Assembly (NCBI RefSeq): GCF_037042905.1
Contig: NC_087245.1
Coordinates: forward strand, 33,420,001 to 33,484,000
Direction: 5' to 3'
DNA: 64,000 nucleotides
Origin: Lytechinus pictus
Lineage: Eukaryota
Made by a program: the position numbers and the translations under genes. The notes below the pieces were generated by a model. The model was not told the origin of the DNA. It did not search any database and saw nothing but the letters and a program-made list of their open reading frames with translations. Shown piece by piece: positions 1-12,633 of this stretch. Position 1 is the first letter of the stretch. Every line of letters begins with the position of its first letter.

Positions 1-634
1 AGACACCACACATTTTTTTTCATATTGAAACAACAACGAATTAGTTCGATAATCTATGAATAGTTATAATTATCTAGCACATATACCGATGTATTTGCAT
101 GTCATGTCATGTTTATATGGATATTTATGTAGGTCTATGGGCGTAAGTGGGGAGGACCTGTCCAGTCACAAAAGGAGCGAACTAGCCCCCCCCCGGCAGC
201 CATTTTCTTTTCTATTGTTTTTCGAAAAATGTACAAATGTACAACCTATTTTGAAGTATCAAAGGCATATTTCAGTTAGCAAATGTCACACCATTTTAAC
301 AAATAAATATAACTGCATTCATGAGTGTCTATTAAAAAAAAAGAAATTTGATTTTTTGTTACAAAATGGCCTCGAAATGGACGAGTCGCCGTAATTTTTG
401 GGAATTCCGAGCAGATGACCTCTCGCCAAGGTATGTTGCTACCTTGGGCAGGTTAACATTACATCAACATCAACAAAACCTATACATCCAGTCACAGCAA
501 AGTGGAAAATCAAGTAGTGGGCGGACTTGCCCGGGGCGGATTAGCCCCGCTCTCCCCTATGGGGTGATTCGAACCCCCAACCCGACGAGCCAAGTGAACA
601 AACCACGGCACTATGGTATTGTTTTGACACCTAC

Positions 635-789
635 CTGCGTTCCATGAACCTCTTTATTAGACATGTGACCTCGGATCCGATAGACTACCCAGGATATTGC
701 TATGATAAGAAGAAGAATGGCCAAGCCACCTGTAGTCCCCATGAAAACGAGGGTGGACGTTGTCGGTGGCACGCACTCCTGTGTAGCGA
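635..789 (-). CDS. Transmembrane exon of a sushi-domain type I membrane protein; gene continues beyond window start
   Basis: aag| acceptor and |gtaggt donor; reads (V)ATQECVPPTTSTLVFMGTTGGLAILLLIIAISWVVYRIRGHMSNKEVHGTQ, a hydrophobic helix followed by basic RIR; phase-1 start matches the upstream micro-exons. Confidence 0.6.
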
Positions 790-1172
790 CTTCATGAGAG
801 AAATAAAACATTATTAACTTAGGAAGCACTGAACATGCTGACAGCTTTGGAAGAGCTTTGAAAATTATTTGTTTGTGAAGCTTTCCTGTCCCCCCACTTT
901 TTGTTGGTTTGATGGATGGATTGGTTCCCAAATATTTTATATGTCCTTCAATGAATCTGTTTAGTAATATTGTTATATTGCATTCAGTGTTAAGAGAAAT
1001 CATTACGACCTGCACTCTCTATTATTATGATTATTTGATTTGTTAAGTGAGAAAAATGTCTTGATTTGAATACATCTTCACTAATAATTTTTGGAGAGTT
1101 ATGTCGTCAATATTCAACCCCAAAATGGAAAGAGGACCATTTCTTAAAATAAGAGGCAAATTAATTCTTTAC

Positions 1173-1223
1173 CTTTTGATGTGGATGTCATATCCTTATC
1201 TTCTGATGACGTCAATTCCAAAT
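1173..1223 (-). CDS. 51-nt S/T-rich stalk micro-exon of the membrane gene
   Basis: ttttcattttgatacag| acceptor, |gtaaag donor, phase 1-1, LELTSSEDKDMTSTSK. Confidence 0.5.
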
Positions 1224-1609
1224 CTGTATCAAAATGAAAATAAGTGATTCAGAAGAGAAGAAAAGGGACGAAATGCATCTTTTACTCAAGACTTTCTATA
1301 TAAGGCGTGGATGTATAATCTAATAAAAATAATCATTTTTGTTTCGATTCTGCATATATAGGCACTACTATAAATTTACAAAGGTATACGTTTCAGGAAG
1401 AGCAATCTCAGTCTTAGTATTTTGTCCATGGTATGTATAGGACTGGTAAAATATCATCAGCAGAACAGCAACAAGGAAATATACATATTGTAGATATACT
1501 GTCTGATGATCCGTGATCATTCATTTCAATCAATGTCCACAACATACATATCCATGTAAGTATTAGAAAGTGAAAATAATTTTACAAAATAACAGTATAC
1601 GAATCTCAC

Positions 1610-1675
1610 GCAAGCAGACACAGTACTCCTTGGTAGTCGTTATCACTATGTGAAACATTGATTTCACATCCACAT
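1610..1675 (-). CDS. Possible 66-nt stalk micro-exon
   Basis: cag| and |gtgaga boundaries, phase 1-1, open frame VDVKSMFHIVITTTKEYCVCL. Confidence 0.3.
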
Positions 1676-1904
1676 CTGCTCCACAAAATGCGAAATATTA
1701 TAAGGAATATGATTAATCTGCTTAGAAAGACTGCTTTGATATTCATAACATTCTACCGAGGAAAAAAATAATGAAAATACAAAAAGTATTTTTTTAGAGT
1801 TAATGTATTCATGTTTTGTCTGAGGCACATTTTACCATTTTCCTGCAGGACGATATCTGCCATTATCGTTGCCGTCCATACCGATTACAAAATCAAATAA
1901 TCAC

Positions 1905-1929
1905 TATATATATATATATATATATATAT
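1905..1929. repeat. (TA)n microsatellite
   Basis: Uninterrupted TA run. Confidence 0.95.
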
Positions 1930-2144
1930 TTAATGATAATAATGATATAAATTTCATAGTCATTATAGACATAAGTGCTGACACAATACGTCAGCGTTTG
2001 GGAACATGCTAGGTCTATCCCTATAATTATCAATAATTAATTATCAATTGATTATTCATTAATCGATATTTTCTGGGAAGGACCGCTGAAGCCTGTCATT
2101 ATCATATACTGCTTCGTACTCTCAATGCTGTTGAAGCACCTATA

Positions 2145-2388
2145 CACTGTTAGAAGAAAAAAAAAACAGATTTTACAGAAAGCAGTTACCAAATAATTCT
2201 GTAAATTGTTAAAACAGGAAAGATTTTATACAAGTTTTTATAGAATTTTATAGAACAGGTCTGTTTTAAAAAGGGGGAAAACAGTTTTATTACAATAAAT
2301 TTGTTAGGTTACATACACCAAATATCTATTTTCCTGTAATTTTGCACAAATGCATGTAAGATTACACAGTGCCATAAGATTAACAGTG
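2145..2388. mobile_element. Non-autonomous DNA transposon with CACTG...CAGTG termini (EnSpm/CACTA-like)
   Basis: cactgtta...taacagtg ends, 2-bp TSD ta/ta; homologous to 7989-8287. Confidence 0.65.
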
Positions 2389-3921
2389 TACAAGAGGTCT
2401 CACATGCAACTTTCTGTATCATAAAGTCTCAATTATTCATTACCATAGATCCCATTAAACTATTTGTTAAACTAGGGTTATAAAAAAATGACAACCCTTT
2501 ACCCAACACCCAATTTATTTCATTGATAGACTCAACAGTACAGAAAAAGCAAATCAGACAAAAAGATTAAGAGCCCATCATAATACTCGGTTTTGATATG
2601 TACAGTACACCCTTCAACATTCAAGATGTTTAAAGAGTTCTATTTCGACATCTCTCTCTTTGAACAACAGAGTGATACCACCGACTCTCACTTTCATCAT
2701 AAGATCATGAACATAATCACAATCATGAACAGAACATATAGTCAAATAAACAGGAAATAAGCGTATAAGGCGCTAAACCGTGTATATAGGTGTATCTTCG
2801 TTGGCTATTATCATTGATTCATTTTTTTTGGGGGGGGGGATTTGATTATTTCTTCTACGATTTTTATTACATAACTCACATAAATATGTGTATTACTGTT
2901 TCGTGTGAATTTTAGTAAAAAATGTACTTAAACGAAATTTCAATTCAAACAAAAATTATCTACTATGAAATCATTATATGATATTCATGTAATATATGTA
3001 GGAGAAGGATTGTTATTATAAGCTACTAATTACTTGAAAACTGTTATTACTTATTATCATTTTGTGCTGTAGATTACTTGAAAAACTGCAATCCCATATG
3101 CAAACTCATTAGATTAATACATTTTTAAAACAGAAGGGGTATATTTTTAAAATGAAAAAAAAAAGAAAAATGATAATTTAATTCGCATATTGCTTGCACA
3201 GGCATGCAAATAATTTGAGTTATTCCAAATATTCAAAAGTATACAGGCTGATTAGTTTTCCTGATCTCCACAAGTACAACTGAGGCGAATCATTTTTTTT
3301 CTAAAAAATGTTCGCCTTTAACTAATTCTTTAACTAAAACTGTAACCCAAACAGCCAGCTCATATTATCCAGCATCAATCCAGAAAATAATTTGCTAAGA
3401 TTAACTAAACCATGACAGATGTCTTACCCCTTTAAAATAAAGAAGAATGGATTAAATATATTTACCATCAATAAGAATAACTTTAATTATCAGCATGTTT
3501 TGGGCATCCATCTAAAAATATAACTCCATCCGAAGATAGATGTTTTGTGTGCTATACAATAATGTATTTGTCTTGACGTATACATTTCTTTATCCAAATT
3601 AACTACATTATTTCCGATCAAGAAATATTTGTTGTTTGGTTGACGCAATCAACTTTATATATTGGTGATTTGCTTATAAAACATAAATGAATGATTCAAA
3701 GAAATGAAATTACATGAAAGTAATTTATAAGCTCTGGTTTATCATGTCTGTGTTGTGATTAAGGGTGCTATGAAATAAAAACACTCGTATAGACCCACGC
3801 ACACTTCCGACCTCTCAACAGGCCCATCATGATTAACATGGACAAAATGATCATGAACATGAAGAGGGAATTCTGGAAGTTATCCATAGATATTATCCAT
3901 ATAGATGTAAATACATATTAC

Positions 3922-3966
3922 CTCCAAACTGCTCCGTGATGACATCAGAAACGATGGTCGATTCAT
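3922..3966 (-). CDS. 45-nt stalk micro-exon of the membrane gene
   Basis: aaag| acceptor, |gtaata donor, phase 1-1, ESTIVSDVITEQFG. Confidence 0.45.
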
Positions 3967-3973
3967 CTTTGAA

Positions 3974-4078
3974 TGTAATTATGAAAAAGAAGAAGAAAAG
4001 TTTATCCAAATAAAGGGCCCTTTTGGCTGTAATTATGAAAAAAAGAAGAAAAGTTTATCCAAATAAAGGGGCCTTTGC
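3974..4078. repeat. Tandem duplication of ~54 bp
   Basis: tgtaattatgaaaaa..gaagaaaagtttatccaaataaaggg..cttt occurs twice head to tail. Confidence 0.85.
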
Positions 4079-4365
4079 AAAGTTGCTATCTGGATTTTTA
4101 AATGATTTAATATTTTGTATCATTATGAAAACAACACACACACATAATCAGAGAAGGAATGAAGCTTTTTGAGTGGTGCATCCCCATATCATAGGCCTTT
4201 TATAACTGTCGATATAAAAATGGAAAGTGAATTTATAATAAAACAGAAATTACACCGTTTCTCCCTGTAGCTTAGTCAGTACAATCCTATGCCTGTTATG
4301 ATTGCAATCCATCGTTTTATGTTTAAGATGTTGTTCATTTGGGGTTGCCAAGATTCTTTTGCGTA

Positions 4366-6019
4366 CAGGTTTGGATCCAGCTTTCGCCAATAGGAGGGGG
4401 GCAGGGGGCGAAAAATTTCCCCCATATTTTTCCCGATCGGTTTCTCAAAGTTGATTTTTATTTGTTTCTTTGAAGGGGTAGTCCTAACAGTCACTTCTTA
4501 GCTTTATTCTTACAAAACAGAAATAAATAATATCATGTAAGCCCTAATCGAATATTGCGAGCGCGAAGCGCGAGCTATTTTTTTGGAAATTTCATGTATT
4601 TTGTCCTGAAAAATGAACATTTGTTTCTTTGAAGGGGTAGTCCTAACATTCACTTTTTAGCTTTATTCTTACATAACATAAATAAATAATAATATTATAT
4701 AAGCCCTAATCGAATAGTGCGAGCGCGAAATTGGAAATTTCATGTATTTTGTCCTGAAAAATTAATATTCTGAGCAATGTTTGTGATCGTGAACAAGATG
4801 TGTATGTAACTAAATAATTACTGCGAGCGCGAAATGCGAGCAGAAATTTGTAATAAGCCTATACGTTCTGCCTGATCGAAAAAGAGCTGTTACTGACTGT
4901 TTGCAGTTAAAACGATACATATTTAATCAAATAATGCGAGCGCGAAGCGCGAGATGAAAATTGTTGAAATTCTGACCTAAAAATTTGACTTTCTAAGCAC
5001 TTTTTGTAATCATGAACAGGATAGGTATATAACTAAACAATTAATGCGAGCGCGAAGCGCGAGTGTAAAAAAAGAGATTTAGACCTAAAAACGGGACTCT
5101 CTATATTCATGTTATGTAAATCTTGAAGAGGGTGAGTAAATGGGGATCTTCCTACATTATTAGTGCGAACGCGACGGGTGAGAAGATTTTTTTTTAATTC
5201 TGATATGAAACTGGATAATTTAAGCACGATTTGATTTAGACCTAGAATCTGGGCATTCTAAATATATTTCTTTTATTATCAAAATCGATAATGCGAGAGC
5301 TGAATCTGAAAAAAGTCAATTTAAGCACTATTTCAAGCACTGTGTAGGAAAATTGTGAAGTGGATTTTATATGGATCGCATGTAACCAATGATGCGAGCG
5401 CGATCTAGCCGATTCTAAAAAATCATTATTATAGACCTATAGCACTGGGGCATGGTAAGGACATTTTGTCATCATATGAAAGTGATTTATATCTTTCTAT
5501 TCCTCTTTCCGAACGCGAGATGAAACTTGTTGATATTCCATTCTGAAAAAAGGGGACAATTTCATTCCTAGGAATTCATGAATCTGTTATCTTATTTTTA
5601 AATTTGATATTAATGAGAGCGCGAAATATATTGATATTAAGGCCCGAAAACTGGACATTTTTAGGATTTTGTTTTAAATATCGCCTTACGGCCTACTTTA
5701 GGTTAATCCTCCTATATGCAGAGCTACTCGGCCGTTAATTGAGTGCAGGAAATCCATGTGCAGGAGACTGTCTTTCATTGATGGGCGCGCGGTTGCCGGG
5801 TATAGCTGGTTTGCGTACATGTGAACCAATGCGGTGCCAAAGCGAGTAGGCCTATGGGGATCGGGCCGGCCGTTACGAGGCCGTAAATTGATATAATACC
5901 CCCTTCGTACTTTTTTCCTGTTTTTCAGCGTTTCTCTCAAGTTAAAAAGGACACTTTTTTGGTTGCCAAAAATGGGGGGCGGGGCCGGCTCGCCCCCCCC
6001 CCCCTTGGATCCGCGCCTG
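4366..6019. mobile_element. hAT-like non-autonomous element with internal GCGAGCGCGAAGCGCGAG repeats
   Basis: Termini caggtttggatcca / tggatccgcgcctg; flanks gcgta/gggta; homologous in opposite orientation to the 15.4-17.17 kb part of the second copy. Confidence 0.75.
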
Positions 6020-6305
6020 GGGTATACACCATTCCTTCCAATAATACGATGTTTTGTTGAACAAAAGATCGTATTAATTACCCTTTTTCATATAATGCGA
6101 AAAGAGGTAAAAAGAAAAAAAAGATAACTGATTAATGAACAACTTATCGAACACCAAAACATTGAAATAGTATATATCATAGCACACTGTAAAACGCACC
6201 GAAGCAGGAAATAGGATTTGTAATCATCATACACGTTTTATTCGTATAAATTTCTGAATAATATTTTTCAAGGTTACTACAATAACAATTTTTTTTTACT
6301 ATTAC

Positions 6306-6481
6306 CTGTAATCTCCTCACATGTTGGAATGGAATCGTTCCATATCAGATAGAATTGCGATCCTCCTGGCACACATTGAATGATCCCATTGCCTTTCAGC
6401 GTATATCCATCCATACATGTAAGATGAACGATAGAACCAAACCACGTGATCTTTGTATCATAAGAATTGTTATGACGTCCT
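6306..6481 (-). CDS. Sushi/CCP domain exon, first Cys not visible
   Basis: FGSIVHLTCMDGYTLKGNGIIQC...WNDSIPTC fits the CCP consensus; phase-1 donor G|gtaat; 5' boundary uncertain. Confidence 0.75.
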
Positions 6482-7988
6482 CTGGTAACTTTTAGTACAC
6501 GAATGAAAAACAATCCATAACGATTTAATGAATGGTAGATTATAAAGAAATGATCAATGTATAGCCTAGATTTTTAAAAAGTATTGGCTAACATTAATAT
6601 TCCGCAGCTTTCTTCTTCTTTTTTTGTGAACAAACTGACATGACGGAAAATAAAATGCATTACCACGTTTTGAAAGTATTTTTATGATAAAAGTATTTCA
6701 GTTGCAAGGTTTACTTCAGGGAACTGATCTCGGGCCATTTTTTCTGGCTTCATAGCAATGATATATTACAGGCAAAGTTTACTCACATTTCTACTCGCAG
6801 TATAATGCCTGTAGTTGTAACAATAAAATATATTGAACTCATCTCGGCTGGAAATTTCTATACAAACTTGTTTCACTCATATGTCTAACTTCAAATTAGG
6901 ATACCAAGTAATCGTTTTTTTTCGTCAGAAATGGGGTTTTAGATGTAAACACCCGCGGAGGGTCGCCCAAACCAAAGTGGCGCACGGCGAATATGACTCA
7001 CGTTATATAAATTAGAAATAGCATTAAACTTTGTTTTTAATCATTAAATATAAGTTGAAAACTGTCTTATTTATCACAGGAATCTGAATAGACGTTGACA
7101 TATCCCTACAGCGTTGCAAATTCCCCGTCATTTTTCAACATTGATGAAGCTAAATATAGGAAAAGATTACATGAAATAAAACCTCTTGCGAATGAAGATT
7201 GTAATTTTAGAACCGAAAGTAATGAAAATTGTCGGACTTACATCTATATAAACACTGAAATGGTGACCATGTCAACCATGACTTGTCATGATAATCAAGT
7301 TAAAAACATAAAGATGTGGATAAAATAAGCACCTTTTGCTGTTAAACACTGCCATCTTGAGTTATTCCCGATAATGAAATAATCTAAATAAGTTTATTGA
7401 CATGCCAATTGCGAAATAACGAAACTCGGAAAATATGAATAGCAATCAAGCCCGTTGCCAGAAGGGGGGGGGGGGGGGGGAGCAAGAAAAGCTTGTCAAA
7501 ATTTTCTGGGGAAAATGACCAACAGTTTTTGCTGATGACCTTTTTTTTTAGGGGGGGGGGTCTTCTTGTCAAATTTATCGGAGTCGAAATAGAAAACAGT
7601 GTTTAGACTGATGAAATTTCTTTTTGATTTTTTTTTTGGGGGGCTTGTCAAATTTGTTAGCCACGTTCGCACCCCAAACCTCCCAATTGAACTCCTTGGC
7701 TACGATCTATTAGGATCACACTATTCATTGAACCACCCCCACCCCCCAAAAAAATTGCAAAGCAATACCGTGTCATTATAAATGCACTCTCAAAATTTGT
7801 TGTACCCAATAAAAACGTCATTGAAAATTGTATATGCTTTGTTTACTATGATCCTTACAGTATTGTTTAACAGTTTAAACAGCCATGCTTAATTTATTCA
7901 GAATCAACCATTCAAAATGGAACTTTTTTGTTTAAGATTAAACCGTTTGAACCACTATACTCTAAGGTTCACATTGGAAGCAGCGTTG

Positions 7989-8287
7989 CACTGTTAGAAA
8001 AAAAGATTTTACAGAAGAAAAAAACAACAGATTTTACCGAAAGAAATAACCAAATCATTCTGTAAATTGTTATAACAGTAAATACTTTTTACAATTTTTC
8101 TACAGTTTTACAGAACAGGTCAGTTTTAAAAAGGGGGAAACAGATTTATTACGAAAAATTTGTAAGGTTACATACACCAAATACCAATTTTCTCTAATTT
8201 CATACAACATGTAAGATTACAGGTGTTCTCGAGACTCTGCTGCATGAATAAATTTTTGTCTTTTAAAGTAAAAATTTTCGAACAGTG
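7989..8287. mobile_element. Second copy of the CACTG-terminated element
   Basis: cactgtt...aacagtg ends, 2-bp TSD tg/tg, similar to 2145-2388. Confidence 0.65.
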
Positions 8288-8793
8288 TGTATAAAACTTT
8301 GAACAGTAACTATCCCCAAAAAAACTTTACGAATTAGGGGTCTTTATGATTAGCAACCAGACCACTCCAATAAATTAGTGAAACAATGTTATGTTCAATA
8401 TTGTTAATTGAACGAACTTTCGCAGTTTAGCTAACATGAGGGCACTGCATGGGACAAAGAATTATTATGCATGAAGGGAGAAATAAAACAAATAGAAAAG
8501 CAGATTGGTAAAGAATTTGAAACAAATCGGACAACGAAAAGGAAAATAACCGTATGCTGCATACACAAAGGTTGTTTATTTACTTTTTGAATTAGGACTT
8601 ATATTTATTTCAACTTCAAATGATGACGCAGAAAGACCCATCATTTTTTGTCGGCCAAAACAGTGAGCAAATTTTAATCAAAGAAATTAAACAATGACGA
8701 AATATGTCAACGACCGCTGATATGATAAACAAAATCATATATCAACATTGAAATCTCTCAAGAGGGGGCAGAGTCACGTCATAATAAGAACAG

Positions 8794-9052
8794 GGCCCCG
8801 TCTTACAAAGAGTTATGATTGATCCTGGAAATCCATCAGTGCCATAATTTTTTCTACAGGAAATTTGCAAAATGTCCTTTGTAAACAAAAAGAAGCATAC
8901 TGGATTGTCAAGAAACCAATGAATGTATGAATATGCATCATAATCTAGAAAATATTTTGAACAAACATGTAGTTTAGAAGTTGACGTTGCTGGCTTTCCA
9001 TAGTTGTGGTAAGGTTGATTGGATCAATCGCAACTCTTTGTAAGACGGGGTC
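8794..9052. mobile_element. PIF/Harbinger-like MITE
   Basis: 32-bp TIR ggccccgtcttacaaagagttatgattgatcc with 3 mismatches; 3-bp TSD cag/cag. Confidence 0.85.
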
Positions 9053-10505
9053 CAGACCTATATCATGATTCTGTATCAAGAATAATATCAACTTATAAGA
9101 TCATTGATAATCAGGGTTAAGTGGCAAGCATAATTAATCGCATGTAATTAGAAGAGAAAGACAAACAATATGATATTCTGCAGGGGCGGCGGAGCGAAGT
9201 TGAAAGTGGGGGGGGGGGGGGCACAGGGAAGAAAGGGCAATTTTCTTTCGAAAAGGTCACTTTCTTAAAACAAAGAAAGAATGACTTGTCTTCAGTGGCG
9301 TAATGGGCCAAACTTTTTAGGGGGCTAGATATGTAGTATCACGTAAATTTATAAGAAGTTGCGAGCGAGCACAAATGTTGACATCTTTTAACGAAAATCC
9401 AATTTTGTGATAGATTTTGACAATATTAAGAAAATAATATCATATTTCACCCTTCTCTCTTTCCTTTTCTCTTTTTTTTTCTCGGTCGTGAAAAATTTGG
9501 GGAGGGGCAAAAGCTCCCAACCCCCATCTATCTCCACGCCTCTGCTAATCTACTCCACTAACTTGACTTTAAGGCACGAGGATTATTTTTGCAGTAACAT
9601 AAAATGAGAATATTGTTTACTTTTTTCAAAGGGGTACTCATTAACAAAAACTGGTCCTATTTCAGGTAAAAGGGGCACAGAACACGTTTGTGAGGGGCAC
9701 CTTTATTGGGTAAAAAGGGGCACTGATTCGAGAAAGGGCACTTACAAGAAGGCAATGGGGCATTTGCTCACACATAAATCGGGTTCTTCTCAGGTGAAAG
9801 GGGCACAGCACAAGTTCGTGAGGGGGCATTTTTCTTGCCGCACTCTTTCAGTGCTTCAAAAAGTGGGAGGGGGCCGCCCCTTAAATATTATGAATGCATT
9901 TTGAAAAGGAAAATAAAAACATTAAATGTGAAAAAATTGTTTCACCTTTAGGCAGTTGATGCTTTATAGTTACCGTTGCTATAATTCCAAAATGTCAATA
10001 AAATGAAAGTTGTAAAAAGAGATTTTTCACAATTTATAATATTTCAAGATAACGTAAGAAATTAAGGCGTGGTGGGTTTGGTTGTATTCACGGTTCCTTC
10101 CCCCGCCCCCCCCCCAAAAAATGATGAAGGAAAGAGCTTTACTCCTTTCTTGTGCTTGTCCGATTTTAAGGGAAATTTTGACACTTTTTGAGCGATGAAA
10201 TATTTTTGCCTGTCCCCTTTTTTATTTAAACACAATTTTTTTTCTCCTTGAAACCCCCCCCCGATTATGCCAGACAACATAAATAATCTTTATACACCGT
10301 AAAACGCTGTTTAAGATTTAAGCACACAGTTTAAGTCTGTCACTCTAAAAAGTATTGTTTTAACAGCGTTTTGCTTTATATACTGTATGTTTTAATGATA
10401 GTTATTCGACAAAAGTATAACAAATTATTACATTAGGCCCATTGAAAAGCGAATGAATTGAGAAATCGTTTTATCGGTATACCCCTTTGATATCTTGCCG
10501 GTAAA

Positions 10506-10918
10506 TAGCCAATTCGTCTATTGCCATCTCGTCCACTCATCACATGGTCTATACCTTCATTTAGTCTAATGCCATTCCGTCGTCCAACATTTCGTTTAAC
10601 AACTATTTGGTCCAATAACAATTTGGTCCGATCATCACTTCGTCTAATCACCGGTTCGTCTGTGAGCATTTGGTCTACTATCCATTTTATTTTTATTCAT
10701 TTTGCCAACTAACATTTTGTCCAATTAGACCAAATGGTATATGGGCTAAATGACTATTGGACCAACTGGCCATTAGACGATATGGTGAGTGGACGAAATG
10801 GCAATTAGACCATGTGGATAGTGGACGAACCACTGTACTGATCAGTGGGACGAACTGATGGTAGACCAATGATAGTAGACGAGTTGGTAACTGGACGAAT
10901 TTGCATTATAGACCAATT
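10506..10918. repeat. Foldback-like array of ~16-17 bp units in two opposed blocks
   Basis: Left block repeats ttcgtc(t/c)a / ttggtc(t/c)a cores; right block repeats their complements tagacga/tggacca. Confidence 0.75.
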
Positions 10919-11879
10919 GCACAAATTATGTAAATTCCTTTCATCATAACAAAAAATGCGCGACCGCTCTCTCCAAGTGGAAATAAAAATTGCCCCTGTA
11001 ATACATGATCAAAACATCGATGATGGTAAACCAATTAATATTTTTTTTAATTCAGTTTTTCATGCCGACTGAATCCGCTTAGGCCTACGAGTAATTCCAT
11101 TTCATGTATAAAACAACTCCATTCATCTTAATCCGTATAAAATTGGTTCATTTATAGTCATTTTACCCTTCTTTGTTTATTATGCATGGTGAAGCCCAGT
11201 GTTACAGAATAGAAAGTTATGAAAAGAAGAGTTCCAAGAGTTATTTGACAAAGGCTTTATTTTGGTATAGCTTTTTTTGTATAATATACAGTACAGGGTC
11301 CGATGGAATATAAATCATGATAGAATTCATGAATTTATTATGATAATCATCATTTTTTTATCATGATGATCATGATCATGATGATATCATAAATCATAAA
11401 TGTATAGGTGGATAACCAGTACTAGCCAGAGGTCTATATCAATATATACGCTCCAGAAAATTATTTATTTGTCAAATGTCTTTTTCCCCCTGAAATAAAT
11501 AGACCCAATGGCAATGCAGTAGAAATGAAAAATGAAGGGCGTGGCGTAAAATATAGAAGAAGGGGTTAGCAACTAAGCATAGCACCACGAGCACGGCTTA
11601 GTCTGCAAGCACAGACTCATAATTGACACTTCAAACAAAACAGGTCGATAGTATTTACTCCAAATGCTGTCTGTAGATACTTGATGGAGTCATCCCTTTG
11701 GCAGCTCAAACAGGAAGCTATACTGGCCAGCAACAGTACACAGTGAATCTAGTCTCACTACTTCAGACTGTGAAGTATGCATTATGCGAATTGCGAAAGC
11801 AAAGGGTCTGTGCCAACAGAATATGCATGGCTTGCGTAATTTGTAAATTTTGTATCGATGTGATATCGGACCCATAATA

Positions 11880-12560
11880 TCGTATGCTTCTCGCCTCATA
11901 CGCGAAAGATCACCCGATGCTATTGAAAAGACCTTCCTACAGAAACAACACTCTATCCCACTCTATGATCCCAAGTATACACATCATTGACTTGACAAAT
12001 ATTATTCTGAGACAAACGGTTTATGGCTTATTCTATGAAAAATTTTACACTCAAAGCAAAACAAAAAATAACGGCTCCTTCTTTAAACGAAAAGTTCTTG
12101 ATTAATGAATTTAAATAGCACTGGTAATCATGGAAGCTGATATATTTGTGAGTTCACGCACGCGCAGGGCCCTGGAGGGCAAAGGGCACGATATCGGTCC
12201 GGCGCATGTTCGATACTTAGTGGATAATAAATTAATCGTTGTCAGCTGCCGCCTAGCTCTTGGACTCGTTGGAGTGACCTGTTATTCAAGTGAGTAATTT
12301 ACTTACATTTTGTCTGTTTTCACTTTAGTTTTTTAATTAAATTGAAAGAAATTTCATTTATATTCTCAATTTTCGAATGGAATTTATTCATAGACCTTTT
12401 ACAGCATGAATTAGAGTATATATCAATGTGATTTGACCAGTTCCAGCCGAGCCATGCGAGCGGGGATTGGTTGCCCTTGGACGCCAGGCCCAGGGTACCG
12501 GCACGGAGCCCGCATGATAACTCAATCAATGTGTGGGGTCGACTGTTGTGGGCGGGTAAC
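11880..12560 (+). promoter_or_regulatory. Putative desaturase promoter and non-coding first exon ending near 12289
   Basis: Non-repeat CpG-rich patch; donor caa|gtgagt at 12290; SRE-like atcacccgat 11909-11918; inverted CCAAT (gattgg ~12465); GC box gggcggg ~12550; the ATG exon has a splice acceptor, so an upstream exon is expected. Confidence 0.45.
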
Positions 12561-12633
12561 TTAGAGTTTTTTTTTTTTCTTAGACCAAAAAAGTTAAGTC
12601 TCTATTTTTGGTTGTTCAGTCAGTCTGCAAGTA

